From: a virus
Length of the DNA: 64,000 nt
Reading direction: 5' to 3' (one strand)
Virus genome (UHGV): UHGV-1351770
Shown: positions 58,982-64,000 of the stretch, piece after piece
How the letters are laid out: every line of letters starts with the position of its first letter
Numbering within the stretch: position 1 is the stretch's first letter
Position numbers and translations under genes: made by a program
Notes under the pieces: generated by a model
What the model was told of the DNA's origin: nothing
Database searches by the model: none
What the model saw: the letters and a program-made list of their open reading frames with translations, nothing else

Positions 58982-60739
58982 TTAGGTAAGGCGTTGAACT
59001 GTTACTCTTAATCTAGGTAGGAAAACTGCGCTACCCAAACTCACGTGCATAACTACTCCTAACTCTACATTTCCATTTCCTAGATTTTTAACGGTGTATA
59101 TAAAACTGTTTCTACTAAGAGCATTGTTAGGCGTGTATCTAAAAGCAGATGTAGTATGAAAAGGTACTAGATAGCCCACAGGTAGCGTTAAAATCTGGTG
59201 GAATATTGCATCCCCGCCGCTATAGCTATATGCTCTTCTTCCTTGCACTTGAAACACACCATTATTCCATGTATTAGCGGGAACACCTGCGCAATTAAGA
59301 TTACCTGATATAACTTCAGTAGTAAGAATTACTGTAGCATTTCCGCCTGGTATACCTAGCCCAATAGTTGATAAACCAACGTATCTATCACCCGTTCCTG
59401 GATAGTGGGGAGTAATATCATCTCCCATATAGGAACTACCTACATTTCCACCAAAAAGTCGCAGTGGAACTGCTGAAGGTCCCCAAACAACCCCATGCTC
59501 ATTACCAATAGTATTATCGTTAGAGTTTACATACCACTGTTTACCAGCAGAGAATTTGTAAATACTAATTTGAGACTTAGCCCCTCCGTAGTCCACAGGA
59601 GACCATAAACTCCCATTACTAGAACCTACAAGTTCACATCTTGCAGTGGTATCCCCAAAAACTCCGGTATACGCTGCGTTATTCCCTATATACTCCATAT
59701 CAGGACGATAACCTAAGTTACCAAAGGCATTCTGATTTATAAATTTATACCTGGTATTAGGGAGACTCACCCCTTTAATTATGAAATTAGAAGGAGATAT
59801 AAGAATATCAGAACCAGTAAAGGGGTTGCCGGAAATACTCATACCACCATTCGAGTATCTTAAATTAAGAACATACCAAATAACCTTAGTAGGAGTTATA
59901 TTATACCAATCCTGTATTACTGTAGGGTTGCCAGACTGATTGGCCAGATTAGTAGTAGATCCCCTACAAACAAATCTGTTCCCGCCGTCGTGGTACATAG
60001 TATTTACATTACCTGGGAGCCCTTGTCTAACCCCACCATATCCACGTATATTAGAATTGCAAACATAAAACCAATCATGCCCTCTATGTGCCGCTCCTAG
60101 AGGCGACATCCATCCAGGATCCCAATAGTATGGGTTATTACCATCTACAGGTACTGTGCTACTATTAGTAGGAAAACCTAATTGTGCAAAGGCTTCTGCA
60201 ACAGTAACACCTACAGGAGCTCCCGCACCGGGCCTAACTATACCGTGATAGGTACTATGTAACGTAGTACCCCCTGTGCCGCTCCTAGAGATAGATTCTT
60301 CGTGCCCTAGAGAGGGATTATAATTATAAGTGCCAGATGCTAGACTATTACCAAATGCAAATCCACTGGTTTGAGAAACACTAGCAAAAGATCTAAAGGG
60401 ATCTGCTTGAGTAGCAACTATAGTTTGACCAACTTTACTCTGAGTACCATTAAGAAAAGCCCTATGAGTACCATTAATCTCAATAGCAGTTAGTATAACT
60501 CTACCTGGGTCATTGGATTTAATATTTATTATGTCAGAGGGCATCTGACATACAAAAAACCCATTTCCAGCATTTCCTAACCCAGCCTCATAAGTACCGT
60601 CAACTAGGACAAATGGCATATCACTATGAAAAATACTATTGGCATTTGGACTATAGTGACGATTAATGTCACCACCAGATTCAGTATTTAAAGATAGTAC
60701 GGTCTTACCATCGCTATATTTTCCAGCGAAAAAACCCAT
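58982..60739 (-). CDS. receptor-binding protein (pb5/Oad-like, 585 aa)
   Basis: First gene of the late block next to divergently oriented llp. Gly/Asn/Tyr-rich beta-protein. Synteny with T5 oad-llp. Confidence 0.65.
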   Translation of the reverse strand: MGFFAGKYSDGKTVLSLNTESGGDINRHYSPNANSIFHSDMPFVLVDGTYEAGLGNAGNGFFVCQMPSDIINIKSNDPGRVILTAIEINGTHRAFLNGTQSKVGQTIVATQADPFRSFASVSQTSGFAFGNSLASGTYNYNPSLGHEESISRSGTGGTTLHSTYHGIVRPGAGAPVGVTVAEAFAQLGFPTNSSTVPVDGNNPYYWDPGWMSPLGAAHRGHDWFYVCNSNIRGYGGVRQGLPGNVNTMYHDGGNRFVCRGSTTNLANQSGNPTVIQDWYNITPTKVIWYVLNLRYSNGGMSISGNPFTGSDILISPSNFIIKGVSLPNTRYKFINQNAFGNLGYRPDMEYIGNNAAYTGVFGDTTARCELVGSSNGSLWSPVDYGGAKSQISIYKFSAGKQWYVNSNDNTIGNEHGVVWGPSAVPLRLFGGNVGSSYMGDDITPHYPGTGDRYVGLSTIGLGIPGGNATVILTTEVISGNLNCAGVPANTWNNGVFQVQGRRAYSYSGGDAIFHQILTLPVGYLVPFHTTSAFRYTPNNALSRNSFIYTVKNLGNGNVELGVVMHVSLGSAVFLPRLRVTVQRLT

Positions 60740-60764
60740 ATAATCTCCTATTATAAAAATGTAT

Positions 60765-60824
60765 TTGCTTTCATCCCTCTATTTTGCTATAATAGATTCA
60801 TAAATTAGAAATGGAGAGATAAAT
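60765..60824 (+). promoter_or_regulatory. PN25-type early promoter plus leader driving llp (TTGCTT, 17 bp, TATAAT)
   Basis: ttgctt 60765..60770 and tataat 60788..60793, followed by agattcataaattagaaatggagag. Confidence 0.8.
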
Positions 60825-61091
60825 ATGAAAAAGTTTGTGATTGCACTAGTTGCCGCAGTTATGTTATCTGGTTGTGCACCTGCTCCCAAACCATTTTGTA
60901 CGGGATTTGTAAAATCTTTTGGTGGTGCGGGAGAAGAACATTACGGTCTCAAGATTCAAAAAGTTCGTATTAAGGGAGATCGCTTCCCAGTAGTACAGCT
61001 CCGTACTAAGTTTGGATGGTGGGATCTCAGTCAGTTTGACCTTAAATATGGTGATTGTAAATTTAAACTAGAGCAATCTAACTACCTGTAA
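60825..61091 (+). CDS. llp: lytic-conversion lipoprotein (Llp-like receptor-blocking lipoprotein)
   Basis: 88 aa. Signal peptide with lipobox LSGC. Divergent from the RBP gene, as in T5. Confidence 0.8.
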   Translation: MKKFVIALVAAVMLSGCAPAPKPFCTGFVKSFGGAGEEHYGLKIQKVRIKGDRFPVVQLRTKFGWWDLSQFDLKYGDCKFKLEQSNYL

Positions 61092-61268
61092 TTAGTATAA
61101 AGCAAAAAGACATCCAAGTAAACTAAATTTTTATTTTTTGGATGGTATATTGGCAGAAACCACTATGTAAGAAAAGTAGAAGTCCTTTCTAGGAAGTCAC
61201 GAGCATAGTTGGTTATGCACAAACTATAAAATATTTTAAAATATCATATTTATTGGAGCATGAAAGAT

Positions 61269-61397
61269 ATGTCAAATAAAAGAAAGAACAGACGCGGAGA
61301 AGTGTACGAAGCGTGGATTAATATTTACGGATTTGGTTTTGTGTTATTCCTAGTCTTCGTAGGTTTTTGGTTAGCAGCTATGGCGGGGTGGATTTAA
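61269..61397 (+). CDS. small membrane protein (42 aa, single TM)
   Basis: MSNKRKNRRGEVYEAWINIYGFGFVLFLVFVGFWLAAMAGWI. Its stop overlaps the next ATG (tAATGg). Confidence 0.45.
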   Translation: MSNKRKNRRGEVYEAWINIYGFGFVLFLVFVGFWLAAMAGWI

Positions 61398-61501
61398 TGG
61401 AAGTAATAATTATTGTTTTATTAGTTGTGATAATTCTAGGGCAGTGTGTCTTGGATAACCACTTAGCTCGTATTGAACGTAAGCTGCGGGAATATAAATA
61501 A
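61397..61501 (+). CDS. small membrane protein (34 aa, single TM)
   Basis: MEVIIIVLLVVIILGQCVLDNHLARIERKLREYK, stop/start-overlapped on both sides. Confidence 0.4.
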   Translation: MEVIIIVLLVVIILGQCVLDNHLARIERKLREYK

Positions 61502-61746
61502 TGTTTAGTATTATAATTGCTTTTATTATCGGGATACTCGCGGGAGTTTTCGGGACGACTGCGGCAATCAACAAGCATCGTAAATATATTGCGGGAGTGT
61601 CGCGGGGGATTGCGGAAAGGGAGCGGAAGTTTGATGAGAAACGTGCGGAGTTTGAGAGAGAATGGTCGGATGGATCTCGGACGTCACGGAAGAGATTCCG
61701 TGAGTTTAGACCAGAACACAGGTTTGATGACCCTTCTATGCGCTAA
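61501..61746 (+). CDS. small membrane-anchored protein with charged C-terminal tail (81 aa)
   Basis: N-terminal TM segment IIIAFIIGILAGVFGTTAA, then an Arg/Glu-rich tail. Local GC-rich codon usage. Confidence 0.5.
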   Translation: MFSIIIAFIIGILAGVFGTTAAINKHRKYIAGVSRGIAERERKFDEKRAEFEREWSDGSRTSRKRFREFRPEHRFDDPSMR

Positions 61747-61849
61747 TTTGACTTTTGCCAATTTCTTTGGATTACGTACGCGTGGGTGTGTCCAGTGGCC
61801 TCCCAGATGAGAATGAGTCTCATTACCGCCCGGTACTTAGCAAGCTAAT

Positions 61850-61882
61850 AGTCACGGCATGTTATCATTACACACCGTGACT
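61850..61882. terminator. possible bidirectional hairpin between the small-TM operon (+) and the dmp-like gene (-)
   Basis: agtcacgg...ccgtgact 8-bp stem. The T-run is weak. Confidence 0.3.
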
Positions 61883-61898
61883 ATTTCAACTTTAATTA

Positions 61899-62633
61899 TT
61901 ACGCAACTTTTAATTTCTCAATATATTGTTGAGGACTGCAACTATATTCTGCGCGTTCTTCTTCGGTCATACCTTCCCAACATAATTGCAGGCGGTCGGC
62001 TAGGAACTGATAATCATTATCATCCTCAAGAGATTCATCGATAAAGGTTTCACCTATCAATGTAACCCCAATCGATAGAATATCGTTAACGGCTTGCGCG
62101 TCCAGCGTTTTAAATCCGTATGATGCCGCCGCTGATAGCACGCCTTTATGATCATCAATCATTGTGAAATCAGCGTTCGGATATAATTGTTTAAATAACT
62201 CAAAGTAATGGCTTTTATAAATAGCGTCTTTGCTGTGGTATATCTCGCTAACTTTATCAGCCTCAAAATATTTGTGTAGTGTATCGCGGGAAAATACACG
62301 GATATTACTATCCCCACGCCCTCGCAATCCTTGTTTGCGCAAATAATAATAATCCGACTTGCTCATCAGTCGAGCGGTGCAAATAATGTTTAAAGTATTT
62401 GAGTCATTCATACATTGGCGCATATATGTAACAAGGGGCAATAAAGTATCTTGCATTATTAAATCATGTTTGCAGGCTTCATTTTTATACTTATTTAAAT
62501 CTAAATTGCCCTCGCTATCAAAGCAAGGCGCTACACGATGGAAAGAATTAATGATAGTGCCGTCCAGATCCCAAATCATAACGCGGGAAATATGCGGGAA
62601 ATTACGGGTAATATTCGTTTTAACTTGATTCAT
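61899..62633 (-). CDS. dmp: HAD-family 5'-deoxyribonucleotidase (T5 dmp-like)
   Basis: 244 aa. HAD motif I MIWDLDGTII. Its size and position next to the late/llp end are typical of the T5 pre-early gene dmp. Confidence 0.7.
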   Translation of the reverse strand: MNQVKTNITRNFPHISRVMIWDLDGTIINSFHRVAPCFDSEGNLDLNKYKNEACKHDLIMQDTLLPLVTYMRQCMNDSNTLNIICTARLMSKSDYYYLRKQGLRGRGDSNIRVFSRDTLHKYFEADKVSEIYHSKDAIYKSHYFELFKQLYPNADFTMIDDHKGVLSAAASYGFKTLDAQAVNDILSIGVTLIGETFIDESLEDDNDYQFLADRLQLCWEGMTEEERAEYSCSPQQYIEKLKVA

Positions 62634-62713
62634 TTTGTTACGTTCTCCATTTAAGGGATTAGATTAATTCAGCATTACCCGCTATTTATAAGCGGGTAAT
62701 AATAAATTAACTA

Positions 62714-63106
62714 TTAAAGACCATACGCCAACGCATCAGCAATAAAACTAATATCTTCACCTGATACGCTGGAACGAATCCCCGCACAAGTATATACTTT
62801 CGCACTCGTTAGCTGATCATCAAAGCAAGCTGGGCAAGGCGCGACAACTGCAAAGGCTAGACCGGATTTTACGGCGTCGATGATAATCGTTTCTTGTTTT
62901 ACCGTGTCAACATAAACGCCTTTTGCTTTAATATGGCTAGTTAGTTTGCCTTGCATATATGCAAATGTTGTAACCTGTAAAGCGTCATTAAAGTCTAATA
63001 GATCATCAATAACGTGCCCCGCCTCGACGTGGTAACGTTCGCCATTAGAATAAACCAGAACAATGGAAGACTGAGCGCGATCGAATGGAATATTTTGCTT
63101 TTTCAT
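62714..63106 (-). CDS. hypothetical protein with HxE...PCxxC zinc-site-like residues (130 aa)
   Basis: YHVEAGH and APCPAC are present, but the spacing (about 75 aa) does not fit the cytidine/dCMP deaminase fold, so function is open. Confidence 0.4.
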   Translation of the reverse strand: MKKQNIPFDRAQSSIVLVYSNGERYHVEAGHVIDDLLDFNDALQVTTFAYMQGKLTSHIKAKGVYVDTVKQETIIIDAVKSGLAFAVVAPCPACFDDQLTSAKVYTCAGIRSSVSGEDISFIADALAYGL

Positions 63107-63144
63107 ATTTATAAAACCCCAATTAGTTTAATAATGAATTTAAA

Positions 63145-63402
63145 TTATTTGATAATAATCTGCATTTGGTACGGCGTTAATTCACCGTTTACGGGTAGAT
63201 TATTATCACTTAGCCACTCATAAAAAGCGCTATCGTCATCAAAAGGAACAACATCATTATCACGGTAATCGACGGAAATAATACCATCAGTATTAGTTTT
63301 GGCGGCTAGGATAGGCCCGAAGCTGTAAACTTTATCGGATTCCATTTCATCCGGTGAAATGAATACTTTTTCGTCCAATGTTTTGGGTAATGTAACTTTC
63401 AT
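63145..63402 (-). CDS. hypothetical acidic protein (85 aa)
   Basis: ORF with GGAG RBS. Confidence 0.45.
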   Translation of the reverse strand: MKVTLPKTLDEKVFISPDEMESDKVYSFGPILAAKTNTDGIISVDYRDNDVVPFDDDSAFYEWLSDNNLPVNGELTPYQMQIIIK

Positions 63403-63458
63403 TTTTTGTGACTCCTGTAATAGCGGCTATATTTCAAGCCGCTAGGGAAATAATTTAA

Positions 63459-64000
63459 TTACGCAAAGAATTTACCGTTTTTAAAGTCAATCAAAGTGCG
63501 CTGACCGTTTGCATAGGTAATTAAATGCGTCTGCGTCCAGCTTGACGCGCCAACGTTGTAACCCATATCCAGACTACCAGCTACGCCAGCGGTGTATACG
63601 CCGCCGTAAATGCTGGCGGTGTGAGTGTGCCCCGTGTTTAACTTGCCCAATTTCTTAAATTGTTTAGGATTGCCACGGCTGCCGTTAATGCCATTGTGAC
63701 CGTGTACGCCGCATTCAATGCCTGCAATCTTGAAAGATTGGTCAGTGGTTAGGAAAATGGCATTAAATTCACAACCTGCAACCTTGCGCAACGCATAATC
63801 TAGCACGTTAAACGTTTCGTCGTGTTCACCGATTGCCGCGTAAATTGCAGCATTCAGGCGGTGATATAACTCGGCGTTTGCTGGATCGTCTTTGATGTTA
63901 GCATTACGATCATCTAACCAACGGGATAACGCTAAATCGTGATTAGATTCAACAATGATTGTTTGACTAAAATCGCGCTCCATTGACTCCAGCACGCGCC
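63459..64000 (-). CDS. calcineurin-like metallophosphatase (Ser/Thr protein phosphatase-like), N-terminus possibly beyond the window edge
   Basis: GHTHTASIYGG and GVHGHNG metallophosphoesterase motifs. The frame reaches the end of the window. Confidence 0.6.
   Translation of the reverse strand, partial: RVLESMERDFSQTIIVESNHDLALSRWLDDRNANIKDDPANAELYHRLNAAIYAAIGEHDETFNVLDYALRKVAGCEFNAIFLTTDQSFKIAGIECGVHGHNGINGSRGNPKQFKKLGKLNTGHTHTASIYGGVYTAGVAGSLDMGYNVGASSWTQTHLITYANGQRTLIDFKNGKFFA

Noticed and set aside
62714-63106. Cytidine/dCMP deaminase call for the 130-aa protein
   Set aside because: HxE and PCxxC are about 75 residues apart, whereas the deaminase fold needs about 25-30. Left as hypothetical.

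Overview
This window appears to be a contiguous segment of a T5-like siphophage genome (Tequintavirus / Demerecviridae type). The assignment rests on T5-sized proteins with diagnostic motifs and on at least ten PN25-type early promoters (-35 TTGCTT/TTGCTA, 17 bp, TATAAT), five of which share the T5-characteristic transcribed leader ATAAAT(T)TGAGAG(A)GGAG. Layout: (1) 1-6.4 kb, minus strand, nucleotide-metabolism genes (ThyA, DHFR, NrdB, NrdA, PhoH). (2) 6.7-33.4 kb, plus strand, the early replication region: NrdD, a seven-gene accessory operon containing a Sir2-like enzyme, a PrimPol-helicase behind a long untranslated leader, a split NAD-dependent ligase, a D5-like DNA-binding protein, a DnaB-like helicase, a DnaG-like primase, a family A DNA polymerase, a D10-like helicase, a gp32-like SSB, SbcCD-like D12/D13, the D15 flap endonuclease and dUTPase. 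(3) 33.6-60.7 kb, minus strand, the complete late morphogenesis block: a two-component L-shaped tail fibre (LtfA/LtfB type with a C-terminal intramolecular chaperone), collar, pb4, pb3, Dit pb9, tape measure pb2, tail-assembly chaperones with an overlapping frameshifted ORF, pb6, completion proteins, MCP pb8, protease, decoration protein, portal, HNH, TerL, TerS and the receptor-binding protein. (4) 60.8-64 kb: the Llp lytic-conversion lipoprotein on the plus strand behind an early-type promoter, three overlapping tiny membrane-protein genes in a GC-rich patch, then minus-strand pre-early-like genes (HAD 5'-nucleotidase dmp-like, Ser/Thr-phosphatase-like) suggesting entry into the terminal-repeat/pre-early region. 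I found no tRNA, rRNA, CRISPR array, integrase or transposase. Candidates for something new: the Sir2 + HAD + duplicated-paralog operon, the about 440-nt structured leader before the PrimPol-helicase, the +1/-2 frame relationship of the tail-chaperone ORFs, and the three-gene micro-membrane-protein cassette next to llp.
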